Of a stretch of DNA of 64,000 nt, positions 48,479-61,200 are shown one piece after another; the first letter of the stretch is position 1; every line of letters begins with the position of its first letter. A program made the translations under genes and the position numbers. The DNA is taken from assembly GCA_950097015.1 (NCBI GenBank), contig CATNEN010000025.1, positions 7,254,001 to 7,318,000 on the forward strand. The letters run 5' to 3'. A model generated the notes under the pieces. It made no database searches and was not told where the DNA came from. It was given only the letters and a program-made list of their open reading frames with translations. This stretch comes from Macrostomum hystrix. Its lineage: Eukaryota > Animalia > Platyhelminthes.

Positions 48479-50138
48479 TCAAGTGTTCTCAGATGACTTC
48501 TGCTTCTCTTCGATGTCGGAGCCACGCAGAGCGGTCTCTGCCTCGACGACTTCCTCGGCCAACGAAGCTCTAGCAGCTCTGCGCTCGCCTCGCCACTCAG
48601 AAATCAGCGACTGGATCCGGTGCAGGATCAGGAAGGTCAGCAGGCTGTTCTTTACCAGGAAGAAGATGCTGGCCTCGCTCACGATCCTGTACTGGACTAG
48701 CAGGTAGAAGCGGATCAGTAGGAATGGCGCATCCTGCAGCAATAGGTTGCAGACAATGGCCCACATGTCCGTGTTGAACACCAGACTGCCGAAGCTTATT
48801 GCTGAGCCGACAACGCGACGAGCGGTGAAGACAAACACAAACTGGGCCATTGCGGTCGACCAGGCCACCAGCAGCATCGTGATAATGCTAATGTTAGTCT
48901 TCAGCTTGTCTTCTTTGAAGTATTCGTACAATTCCAGGATGTCGGCCGACATTCCAATGTAGCCAATCAGCAGCGCCGATTTCTGCTCCTTGCTGATCTG
49001 CTGGCGAGGAAGGACCCAGCGGCCAATGATGAGTACGAGCAGCATCAGCTCCTCCATCAGAATGCGCGTCTCGGCTTGGAAGCTGAGCCCGGTGTCGAAT
49101 CCGAACAGCGACTGCGCGGAGAGAGAAAGATATGAGTCAACAGGATTCACCACCCGCTCTGGGCAAAAGCGAGCTTGGGAATTTCTGTCTCGCTCGCGTC
49201 TCCTAAAGCCATAGACACCAGCCAGCCGGGGAGGGGGTGAGTCGCTGAGCGGTCTAACGCTTTTGCCTCTCTCGCACCAACGTCTCTGAGTTTGATTCCG
49301 CGGCTAGGCCAAATTAATTTGGGGCGCAGCCGCGGAGAGAAGCCGTGGGAGCTTTTCTTGTAATTTACGCCACTGAGGGCCAACCTCCAAGGCACAGTGA
49401 GTATACACTGCTCGACTTGACGATGAGAAAGTCAAATAGCTTCAAATAGCTCGTATACTAGCAATTGCGGCTGGATTTTAGAATGAAAAGTCTCGGTTAT
49501 GTATTTAGCCTGCTCAAACTGCAGGAGGTGGAAAGAGCGACATTTTGTCAGAGATTATGAAATAATTTTAGTGATTGATACTTGGAACACCATCGTCTGA
49601 GGGCCTGAGTCTGCAGCAAGGGCTGAAATTTAAGGAATCAGTTGTGACAAATTTAACAGCGCCAAAGCCTGCCTACTCTCTCTGGATGAGCCGATATGTT
49701 GCGAAGGCCGTGTCCCAGCTTGTAGGCCGTGTCCTCGTTCATCACCAGCACGGTCCTGTTGGCAATCTCTTGAATCAGCACGATGTCGAATTCGGCCAGC
49801 CAGACGGGCGGAATCACACCGGCCAGGTAGAGCAGGACGCACGGACAAATCCTAGTCGAGATTGAGCATTCGTGAGTAGACAAGCGAAACTGGTCGTTGT
49901 CAAATAATCGCAATGTGACTGAAACTCACCACTTCCACTCCTTGCCTTTGAGCACCTTCCAGGTGATGACGCCCTCGATTGGCAGGAGCGCCAGTGGCAC
50001 CATGAATATCCAGTGCAGGCTGTGCTTCTGGACCGGGTTGGTCTGCAGCACACAGAAGACGCCGTGGACTACCATCATTAGGCGGGCAACTACAGAGCGG
50101 AGCAGCGCCTCCGCCACCTTGCCTCTGGTTGTGGCCAT
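48479..50138 (-). CDS. TMEM26: Transmembrane protein 26 family protein; exons 50138-49930, 49851-49677, (possible micro-exon ~49580-49610), 49111-48479
   Basis: Segments ALLRSVVARLMMVVHG...WIFMVPLALLPIEG...KGKEWKW|ICPCVLLYLAGVIPPVWLAEF and LMLLVLIIGRWVLP...LLIGYIGMSADILE...AWSTAMAQF...LQDAPFLLIRFYL...FFLVKN match the TMEM26 pattern as I recall it. GT-AG boundaries are present. Confidence 0.82.
49233..49435 (+). mobile_element. tRNA-derived SINE copy 3 (3' truncated), in TMEM26 intron
   Basis: GGGGGTGAGTCGCTGAGCGGTCTAACG...GTTTGATTCCGCGG...TTGGGGCGCAGCCGCGGAGAGAAG...GATGAGAAAGTC matches the other copies. Confidence 0.78.
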
Positions 50139-50771
50139 TGCTCCGGCTTTGGTCAGAATGGCGCTTGTCAGCCTTGCTAAAAAAGCTGAGCATTATTTAT
50201 GCGGATGTTTCAGTGCCTCGACGTGCACATCCACTCCACTCGCAGCAACTGTTCCCACCATGCGCCAATCAGCGAGGAGCAAGTGCGCCACAATGGCCTG
50301 CGGCTGGCCAATCTTGCGCGCTCCGGCCGCATGGAGTTTATTTTTCAGTAGAGCAATTAACTGCTCACCATTGAGTCTGGTGCCCCACTGGGGATAAGCA
50401 TCAATAGAAAGCCATACGCGATTTCCAAATAACGATTCTACTTGACCCCTCCTCGGTGATCACATCATGGCTGTAATTAATGCATCCCCAATGCGGCCAT
50501 CATTTCCTGAAAGCTGGGCAAGCCAGTCCAATTGATTCGTTTGCTAACAGCTGCAGCTATTAGCGGTGACAAGCGGCGAGAGGCAATTGGCCTTTTTAGA
50601 CGAAATTGCTAAATTGCTAAAATGAATTGCTAAAAGCATTATCAAATGCAACATTGGACTCATGAAGTACTAACCAAAATGAGCTCAAAAAAGAGGTCAA
50701 TTATTGTGCTAGAATTTCAGAGGTTGGCTACCTTCGGCATGCGGGCCAGATGCGGCCTTCAAAGCTCCCAA

Positions 50772-52306
50772 ATCTCGCATCTCTCCCGTGTCTTATCTCC
50801 CTCTTCTTCTCTCCCCTGTGTCATCTCTCCCGTATCTCATCTCTCCCTTCTCATCTCTCCCTTCTTATCTCTCCCTTCTTATCTATCCCTTCTTATCTCT
50901 CCCTTCTTATCTCTCCCTTCTTATCTCTCCCTTCTTATCTATCCCTTCTTATCTATCCCTTCTTATCTCTCCCATGAGTAATCTCTCCCGTATCTCACAT
51001 CACCCTTCTTATCTCCCCCATGAGTCATCTCTCCCGTATCTCATCTTCCCTTCTTATCTCTCCCCTGTGTCATCTTCCCTTCTTATCTCTCCCTTGTCAT
51101 CTTCCCTTCTTATCTATCCCCTGTGTCATCTTCCCTTCTTATCTCTCCCGTGTCATCTTCCCTTCTTATCTATCCCCTGTGTCATCTCTCCCATCTTATC
51201 TCTTCCCTGTGTCATCTCTCCCTTCTTATCTCTTCCCTGTGTCATCTCTCCCTTCTTATCTCGCCCCTGTGTCATCTCCCCCTTCTTATCTCTTCCCTGT
51301 GTCATCTCTCCCTTCTTATCTCTTCCCTGTGTCATCTCTCCCTTCTTATCTCTTCCCTGTGTCATCTCTCCCTTCTTATCTCTTCCCTGTGTCATCTCCC
51401 CCTTCTTATCTATCCCCTGTGTCATCTCTCCCATCTTATCTCTTCCCTGTGTCATCTCTCCCTTCTTATCTCTTTCCTGTGTCATCTCTCCCTTCTTATC
51501 TCTTTCCTGTGTCATCTCCCCCTTCTTATCTCTTCCCTGTGTCATCTCTCCCTTCTTATGTCTTCCCTGTGTCATCTCTCCCTTCTTATCTCGCCCCTGT
51601 GTCATCTCCCCCTTCTTATCTCTTCCCTGTGTCATCTATCCCTTCTTATGTCTTCCCTGTGTCATCTCTCCCTTCTTATCTCGCCCCTGTGTCATCTCTC
51701 CCTTCTTATCTCTTCCCTGTGTCATCTCCCCCTTCTTATCTCTTCCCTGTGTCATCTCTCCCTTCTTATCTCTTCCCTGTGTCATCTCTCCCTTCTTATC
51801 TCGCCCCTGTGTCATCTCCCCCTTCTTATCTCTTCCCTGTGTCATCTCTCCCTTCTTATCTCGCCCCTGTGTCATCTCTCCCTTCTTATCTCTTCCCTGT
51901 GTCATCTCTCCCTTCTTATCTCTTCCCTGTGTCATCTCTCCCTTCTTATCTCTTCCCTGTGTCATCTCTCCCTTCTTATCTCTTCCCTGTGTCATCTCTC
52001 CCTTCTTATCTCGCCCCTGTGTCATCTCCCCCTTCTTATCTCTTCCCTGTGTCATCTCTCCCTTCTTATCTCTTCCCTGTGTCATCTCTCCCTTCTTATC
52101 TCTTCCCTGTGTCATCTCTCCCTTCTTATCTCTTCCCTGTGTCATCTCTCCCTTCTTATCTCTTCCCTGTGTCATCTCCCCCTTCTTATCTCTTCCCTGT
52201 GTCATCTCTCCCTTCTTATCTCTTCCCTGTGTCATCTCTCCCTTCTTATCTCTTCCCTGTGTCATCTCTCCCTTCTTATCTCTTCCCTGTGTCATCTCTC
52301 CCGTAT
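50772..52306. repeat. 30-bp pyrimidine-rich minisatellite (CCCTGTGTCATCTCTCCCTTCTTATCTCTT)
   Basis: Degenerate at 50772-51170 and near-perfect 30-nt periodicity from 51170 to 52300. Confidence 0.97.
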
Positions 52307-52834
52307 CTCAAACCTCTCTTTAATCCCGCAAGGTATTGTAAGGTTGCCGACCCTGCCCCAGTGCTAGATAATTCTGGCACACATAGAAGCCTGTGAAAGC
52401 TGTTATAAATTGTGAACTTTTATACACGTACGAGCGTAATAAAGTCCCAACACAAAAGTTTTGAGACAAAAAATCGTCACATTTTTTAGTTCGCATACAT
52501 TCTCTCTCACGAGTTTGAGCCTCAGCGCGTGTACTTTGAGCTTTCACTGTTGCTGACCGCTGCTATTAAAAGAGGAATCATTTAGTTATCGCGACGGATG
52601 CTGGGATTAAGCGTTTTGCACTATTCACTGCCGATCAGTAGTCCACAGCTATTCATCATCATTGAAACTGTGAGCTGAACTGTTCTGTAAATTTGATGCT
52701 CTACAATCGCTGCTGGAATAACTCAAAGGCCTGCACTGTGTGTTTCGTTCGAGGCGGTGTCATTATTCCGACCAGCAACAAAAGTGCATACTGGACTTTT
52801 GTTAATTGAGCATTTAATAGGGTGTCATTTAGAC

Positions 52835-53120
52835 TTTGATAGGCTGTCATTGACCTTTCATATGGTGTCATGAGCCATTGATTGGGTGTCTTTGACCTTT
52901 GATAGAACGCCATTGACCTTTGATGGGGAGTCATTGACCTTTGATAGGCTGTCATTGACCTTTGATAGGCTGTCATTGACCTTTGATAGGCTGCCATTAA
53001 CCTTTGGTAGGCTGTCATTAACCTTTGATTGGCTGTCATTGACCTTTGATAGGCTGTCATTAACCTTTGATAGGCTGTCATTAACCTTTGATAGGCTGCC
53101 ATTAACATTTGATAGGGTGT
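52835..53120. repeat. 21-bp minisatellite (GATAGGCTGTCATTGACCTTT)
   Basis: Directly visible. Confidence 0.93.
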
Positions 53121-54741
53121 CATGAGTGATTGGTAGGTGTCATGAGCCATTGTCATGGGCCTTTCATTCCGCAAGCTCCTGGGGCACACACGCTCACATG
53201 GATTGGTACACATCCGCATGCTTGCACAGGTGTGTAAATCGCTTAATTTTTCCTTGTGTGGCCGTGGCCTTGCCGAGTATCTTGGCTTGAAATTATTTTT
53301 AAAGAATAAAAAGTAACTCAGAAATGTAACTTCAAAAATGCAGATTTGCTTTCAGGCTGCACAAAACTTTGGAACATGTAGCTTAAGTGTTTAAAGCTAC
53401 ATGTGGATTTGTCTAAGCGACTGATACCGATAGGTTTAAGAATTTTTTTAACATGTCGATTGACTCAATATTGAATAGAATATTGATAAATGTGTAACAC
53501 AGCTTGTCCTGATGATCATAAAAGTATATTTGCTGGTACACGCACTGGATCGCTACATGCACCAATTGTTCTTCAACAGACTATAGAAAACAAAATAAGA
53601 GGATGCCCCACATAATCCATATAAGCATGCCCATATAAAAGTACATATACATAGCAATGGGCTGAGAAAAACACCTCAAAAAGATTGTTGAGCACATGTA
53701 AGATTTGTAACACTTAAAAATGATATATTCATATATTAAAGTCAATTTTCACCAAATAGACTACTGCTCACAATAGTGTGAAGTGGCTATTGCAAGCCTT
53801 GAATTGGTTAAAGCTAATAAAAAAATCAAGCAGAATACAATCTGAATAACCTTTGTTTAAATTTTTTTTCGTAAAGTATAATTATCATATTAAAAATTTC
53901 ATAACAAAAAAATGATTCCACATAACTTTTTTCTATTTCATCATAGTCTGATTTGAAAAAAAACGACGGCAGTTTAAGGCAGTGTTTGGCCATAGACTAA
54001 ACGTATACGAAGAATTTAGTCTATGGCCAAAATACAACTCAAACCGAATAGTAAGAAAAAAAATCAATCGCGTAATTTAGATTCGGCAACAATGGTATAT
54101 GCCCTGTCTACCGTTACCAGTAGACAATTACACAATTAAAAGTACATCGACCAAACAAAGGCGATCATAATGAAATTCTAGCTTAGATCCGCAATTTTAT
54201 TTATCACAAAATCCACAGAATGCAGAATAAATAACAAACAAAAAGACGAAACTAAGTTTGTTTAACTGTACTTGCGAAAGGCAGCACATTTTCTTATAGG
54301 CTTTGGTGGTAAAATATCTAACAGCCAATCAGAAGTAACAAAATAATGTGTATAACATCGTAGAAATAATATGTATCAACGCGTACACAAACAAAGCTCT
54401 GATATTTAAAAAGGAACTAATCAAAGCAAGTTAGAGGATAGGAATTACAAGAGTACACAATTTGAGCACTAAGAAGAACAATTCCAAGTAACACAAAGCG
54501 ACAATTGGTATAAAATTTTATGCTTAATTGTAGATCTGGATACTGGATGCTGGCTACATCATTAATCAACCCTAGCAGACAAAAAACCACAATCTGAAAG
54601 TAACTATCAAGCTAAATACATCTCCAGCACAGAAGGAAGTTTGGCGCGAAAAAAGGGGAACACAAAGGAAGAAAACTAATTTTACACAATAAATATACTT
54701 CAGGCACTAATCCCAACCTCGGGAGCGAATCAGAGCTTCGA

Positions 54742-55145
54742 AAGCCAATCAGAGCCTCAGGAGCCAATCAGAGCCTCAGAAGCCAATCAGAGCCCCAGGA
54801 GCCAATCGGAGCCTCAGGAGCCAATCAGAGCCTCAGGAGCCAATCAGAGCCTCAGGAGCTAATTAGAGCGTCTGGGATCGGAGCCCCAGGAGCTAATAAG
54901 AGCGTCTGTGAGCCAATCAGAGCCCCAGGAGCTAATAAGTGCGTCTGGGAGCCAATCAGAGCCCCAGGAGCTAATAAGTGCGTCTGGGAGCCAATCAGAG
55001 CCCCAGGAGCTAATAAGTGCGTCTGGGAGCCAATCAGAGCCCCAGGAGCTAATAATCTGGGAGCCAATCAGAGCCCCAGGAGCTAATTAGTGCGTCTGGG
55101 AACCAATCAGAGCCCCAGGAGCTAATTGAAGCCAATCAGAACCCC
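54742..55145. repeat. 20/33-bp minisatellite containing GAGCCAATCAGAGC
   Basis: Directly visible; lies just downstream of the SPTLC2 stop codon. Confidence 0.92.
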
Positions 55146-55204
55146 TGGATGAGGGCCAATTAGAGCTTCGGGAGTCAGTTACAGCCTTAAGCAAAATGAG
55201 AACC

Positions 55205-58200
55205 TCAAGCGCCAACCAGAGCTTCGCCAGTGGCAGCAGGCGCCACCTTAGTGGGCGCCGGTGGTCTGACAAACTCGGCCAGCTGTGCCTCGGCCCAGGC
55301 TCGAGTCCGGTCGCGAGTCCATTCAGGCGGCTGCCTGCGGCTGTAGCGAATGCGCAGCAGGCGGCTCAGCCGGTCAATCACCTAGCGGAGGAATAAAAAT
55401 AAAAATATTATTTTGCGGGCAATAGAACATCATTTGGTGACACTAGACCCGCAGACAGCGAGGAGGCAATTCTGCCCATTTCGCTGGCTCCTAAGCACAC
55501 ACGCACATAGATATCGTGCGCAGCAACACGCTCACACAGGTGTGTACATTTGCTATGACTTTCTCATCGTCGGGCACTGTACTCTCTCACTGTGACTTGG
55601 AGGTTGGCCCTCAAGGGCGTAAATTGCACGACAAGCCCCCAAGCCTTCTCTCTGCGGCTGCGCCCCAAAACGTGGACGTGGACTCGATGCGGAATCGAGC
55701 TGAGGGACAGGCAAACTCGTTAGACCGCTCTGCCACTGACCCCCAAGCGGCGGAAAGGGAATTAGTTAATTATAGCGTCAAATTAAAATATAGATGAAAA
55801 TGGAGGTTAAATGCTGCAAGATAGGTTTTAAGGCAATCCCTCCAACACTGTCGCCTTCAACCCTACATTGCAATCATTCAATCCATTCACTGCCATTCTT
55901 CAATCCCTACACTGCTATCCTTCAATCCCTACACTGCAATCCTTCAATCCCTACACTGCTATCCTTCAATCCCTACACTGCTATCCTTCAATCCCTACAC
56001 TGCAATTCTTCAATCCCTACACTGCTATCCTTCAATCCCTACACTGCAATCCTTCAATCCCTACACTGCTATCCTTCAATCCCTACACTGCAATTCTTCA
56101 ATCCCTACACTGCTATCCTTCAATCCCTACACTGCAATCCTTCAATCCCTACACTGCTATCCTTCAATCCCTACACTGCAATCCTTCAATCCCTACACTG
56201 CTATCCTTCAATCCCTACACTGCTATCCTTCAATCCCTACACTGCAATCCTTCAATCCCTACACTGCTATCCTTCAATCCCTACACTGCTATCCTTCAAT
56301 CCCTACACTGCTATCCTTCAATCCCTACACTGCTATCCTTCAATCCCTACACTGCTATCCTTCAATCCCTACACTGCTATCCTTCAATCCCTACACTGCA
56401 ATTCTTCAATCCCTACACTGCTATCCTTCAATCCCTTCACTGCAATCCTTCAATCCCTACACTGCAATCCTTCAATCCCTACACTGCTATCCTTCAATCC
56501 CTACACTGCAATCCTTCAATCCCTACACTGCAATCCTTCAATCCCTACACTGCAATCCTTCAATCCCTACACTGCTATCCTTCAATCCCTACACTGCAAT
56601 CCTTCAATCCCTACACTGCTATCCTTCAATCCCTACACTGCTATCCTTCAATCCCTACACTGCTTTCCTTCAATCCCTACACTGCTTTCCTTCAATCCCT
56701 ACACTGCTATCCTTCAATCCCTATGTCAGAGGAATTTCAGACAAATAGAGACTCTAAAGTAAAAGTCTCCGGTCAAATTATTGTTGCCTTCAAAGATAGT
56801 CAAGAAAATACAGCAGCAACGCTCAGCGCAACAGCAGAGAAGCCGCGCGAGACATCGAAAGATACAGAAAGCCGCAGAGTACAGTCAAACCCTGGGCAGA
56901 TAATTAGAAATGCTGCACTGCAATATTCGCGAATCAAAGATTAGATTAGAGTTCAGGGCTGTAGTGGCACGATTATTAACGCACTTGTAACTGTATTTTA
57001 GGAGAGCCAGAGAACCAATTGGATCCAGTTATGGGTCAAAGGTCGCGTAGAATTCATATTTACGACCGGGTCAAAAAATTAATTTTCTATGCAGGTTTAA
57101 ATGTTCACACTAAGCAATCGAGATAAGGGCCTTGAGCAACAGCCTACTAAAGTGATCTATTGAAGCAATATTTTAAACATTGTGACGACCGCTGTTTTAA
57201 GGGTTAAAGTATAACTGATAGGATTAGATCAAAAGATAATTACTTTTGTTCTTAAAAAGCGGTATTTTATCAACTAGCGGTAATTCATTTACAGTAGGAC
57301 TATCAAGCCATTTTGCCGCCCGTTTTTATACCAAGAGGGGGGATTTTTCAAGCGCGTCTTCTGAATGCTAACAGCGTTGGGTGGTGACTGATTGGTTGAC
57401 AGACTAGGCGATAGTGTCCTGTGGTTGAGCTGCGCCTAATAGTTTGGCTTGATCAGTGAAATTAGAGAAATTCGCGTCAGGGTGTCCATAGTGACCTAGT
57501 TCCACCTGTTGTAGCCCTTGAAGGTCCAGCAGTCCGTCTAGATAAAGGTAGGTGACCACCGAGGACGGTGATGATGCAGGCACATTCGGGTGACATGCTG
57601 ATAAATTTTGAAGGCCTGGCAAGGCCGCACTGAGGCGCAGTGCTAATTCATGTATAGGGGTGTATGAAATACACTAGCGCTTATGAGAATAATCGGACCT
57701 TCGGCCAGAACCTTTGAATATCTGAAGATCTGGCTGAAGAGCTGGTGACTTGGTTCTTGTTTCAGAAGATGCGCAAAAAAGTTGGCCCGTGTTCTTGGGT
57801 TTCGTGTGCTTGCATTGCTCCATTCGGGTGCAGCACAAAACATTGTCAGGGGGGACTCCCCCCTGGGTAGTTCTACTGTTAACTAGCGTTATTTCATAAA
57901 CTAGCGTTAACTTATTAACTAGCGCGAATTCCTTAACATTGGCTCATTTAAAAGCATTCGATATTTAAAAACCATTTAGTAATTTATAAACAACAGCTAC
58001 GTTAATTTAATAACGTCCGTTAATTGTCTAACATAAGTTAATTTAGCAAAATTCGTTAATTTTTAATCTGTTAATTGAATCGCTTAGGCTAACTCAATAA
58101 GTTCCATTAAAAAAACTAGTTAATTTCTGCCTTAGAAGCTGAGCTTACCTCAACGCTTCGATCGATCATATCCAGGGTGTGCGCAGCGGACAGGCAAATC

Positions 58201-61200
58201 CGGGCCCTGGCCTCTATAATGGGTGTCGCGGGGTAGCCGACAACCACAATGCCCAGGCCGTGAGCCAGAGACAGTCGGGCGAATGCGGCCACCTTGCCGG
58301 GCATGAAAATCATGAATGGCACCACCGGACTGTCCCGATCTCCGTACACAATCAGGCCCAGCTGATGCAGCCTAGCTCGCATATACTGAGCATTCACAGC
58401 TAGCTGACGCAGCCGTCTGGGACCTTCGTCTGGCGGCCCCGCCCGGCCCAGTAGCACCTGCAGCGCGGTGAGGATCTGGGCTGCCACGGGAGCCGGCATC
58501 GAGGCGCCGTACAGGGCGCTGTGGCTGCACTGGCGGACGTGGCGAATCAGCTGACTACAGCCGGCGATGTAGCCGCCGGCTCCGCCGAAGCTCTTAGTGA
58601 AGGTGCCCATCAGGACGTCGACATCGCGCGGATCGCAGTCGTAGTAATCTACTACACCGCGGCCGCTGTTGCCGAGCGCGCCGATAGAGTGAGCCTCGTC
58701 CAAGTACAGGTAGGCCTGGTAGCGCTTCTTTAACGCTATGATCTCCGGCAGACGAACTATGCTGCCCTCCATGCTGTACACGCCTTCCACCTGGGAGCGT
58801 TGGCGATTGGTTTTTATATGTAATTTCAATTTAAATCAAAATATGTTAAAACATCAAACTGGATTCTAATCTACCTGGGTTCTAATCTACCTGCATTCTA
58901 AACTACCTGGATTCTAATCTACCTGGATTCTAAACTACCTGGATTCTAATCTACCTGGATTCTAATCCACCTGGATTCTAATCTAACTGGATTCTAATCT
59001 AGCTGGATTCTAATCTAACTGGATTCTAATCTACCTGGACTCTAATCTAACTGGATTCTAATCTAACTGGATTCTAATCTAACTGGATTCTGATCTAACT
59101 GGATTCTAATCTAACTGGATTCTAATCTAACTGGATTCTAATCTAACTAAATTCTAATCTAACTGGACTCTAATCTAACTGGATTCTAATCTAACTGGAT
59201 TCTAATCTAATAGGATTCTAATCTACCTGGATTCTAATCTAACTGGATTCTAATCTAACTGGATTCTAATCTACCTGGATTCTAATCTAACTGGATTCTA
59301 ATCTACCTGGATTCTAATCTAACTGGATTCTAATCTACCTGGATTCTAATCTACCTGGATTCTGATCTAACTGGATTCTAATCTAACTGGATTCTAATCT
59401 AACTGGATTCTAATCTAACTGGATTCTAACCTAATAGGATTCTAATCTAACTGGATTCTAATCTAACTGGACTCTAATCTAACTGGATTCTAATCTAACT
59501 GGATTCTAATCTAACTGGATTCTAATCTAACTGGATTCTAATCTAACTAGATTATAATCTAATTGGACTCTAATCTAACTGGATTCTAATCTAACTAGAT
59601 TATAATCTAATTGGACTCTAATCTAACTGGATTCTAATCTAACTGGATTCTAATCTACCTGGATTCTAATCTAACTGGATTCTAATCTAACTGGATTCTA
59701 ATCTAACTGGATTCTAATTTACTTGGATTCTAATCTACCTGGATCCCAAACTACCTGGATCCTAAACTACCTGAATCGTGGATCCTAAACTACCTGGATT
59801 CTAATCTACCTGGGTTCTAATCTACCTGGGTTCTAATCTACCTGGATTCTAAACTACCTGGATTCTAATCTACCTGGGTTCTAATCTACCTGGATTCTAA
59901 ACTACCTGGATTCTAATCTACCTGGATTCTAATCCACCTGGATTCTAATCTACGTAATCCACAATGATAACTTGACTCACAATGATAACTTGACTAATCG
60001 TAGATCATAACCTACGATAAGTTCGGATAGGATCCCGATAATTAGTTAATGCTGGACGTTATAATATATCTAATCCTGAATATAAAAAAATTACTAAAAA
60101 TGATAAACTACTAAATCCTTGATTTTAGAAACTACCTAATACTGGATAATATATTCTACCTAGTCCTTGATTATAATCTCAGTAATCCTATATTATATAC
60201 TCTATCCAATTTAGGATTATATCACCAAATACGAGATTATAGAGTACAAAATCCCCATATACTTTTAGAGGGTTAAGTAGCAGAGTGGCAAAGCTCCCAT
60301 TTTTACACCAAAATACCAGAGTTCGATTCCGCGGCGAAGCCACATTAATTTTGGGCTGCAGCAGCGGAGAGATGGCTACTCACCACAATGAGAATCTTGG
60401 AGAAAGGCCGCCTGGTTCTAGCCTGTCCATAGATGATGGCTTCGCGCAATTTCGCCTCCAAGTCGGCGGGACTGTTGTGCTTGAAAATCTTGATTGTGGC
60501 GCCCGTTAATCTGGAGCCGAGCACCAGGGAGCTGTGATTAAGTTCGTCGGACAGGATGCAACAGCCCTTGCCGACTAGGGCAGCCATGTTCAATGCGTTG
60601 GTGGCGAATCCCATGGGGAATACGATGGCATCCTCCGTGCCCAGGTATTCGGCCATTGCCCGCTCGAGTTGGTCGTGAATGCTTAGTGTGCCCACCTGAG
60701 GATATGGTGGCATGGTTGAACTTTGTACTTTTGGTCCTTTGGAGATTTTGGAGTAGAAATAGTGGTCCTCTAAAGATTTTGAAGTAGAATAGTGGTCCTC
60801 TAAAGATTTTGGAGCAGAATAGTGGTCCTCTAAAGATTTTGGAGCAGAATAGTGGTCCTCTAAAGATTTTGGAACAGAATAGTGGTCCTCTAAAGATTTT
60901 GGAGTAGAATAGTGGTCTTCTGAAGATTTTGGAGCAGAATAGTGGTCCTCTAAAGATTTTGGAGTAGAATAGTGGTCCTCTAAAGATTTTGGAGTAGAAT
61001 AGTGGTCCTCTAAAGATTTTGGAGTAGAATAGTGGTCCTCTAAAGATTTTGGAGCAGAATAGTGGTCCTCTAAAGATTTTGGAACAGAATAGTGGTCCTC
61101 TAAAGATTTTGGAGTAGAATAGTGGTCTTCTGAAGATATTGAGCGATTCACAGAAGAATAGTGGATTCTACAGTAATCTGTGGATCACAAACGGCTACCT

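Noticed and set aside
49580-49612. TMEM26 micro-exon (CAG|...TTCCAA|GTATC)
   Set aside because: Several acceptors are possible and only a 15-nt version keeps the frame. It cannot be resolved without transcripts.
50788-52396. Long ORFs (160-511 aa) in the 30-bp minisatellite; likewise ORFs at 55794-56944, 38925-39475, 41558-41930 and 61642-62993
   Set aside because: Open in several frames and on both strands simply because the repeat unit lacks stops. They are intronic or intergenic with no splice support.
60696-61151. [10 protein letters not shown] repeat as an insertion in the SPTLC2 protein
   Set aside because: It lies within a clean GT-AG intron (61198-60696, 503 nt, not divisible by 3). 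Splicing restores the conserved ...RTE|VGTL... sequence.
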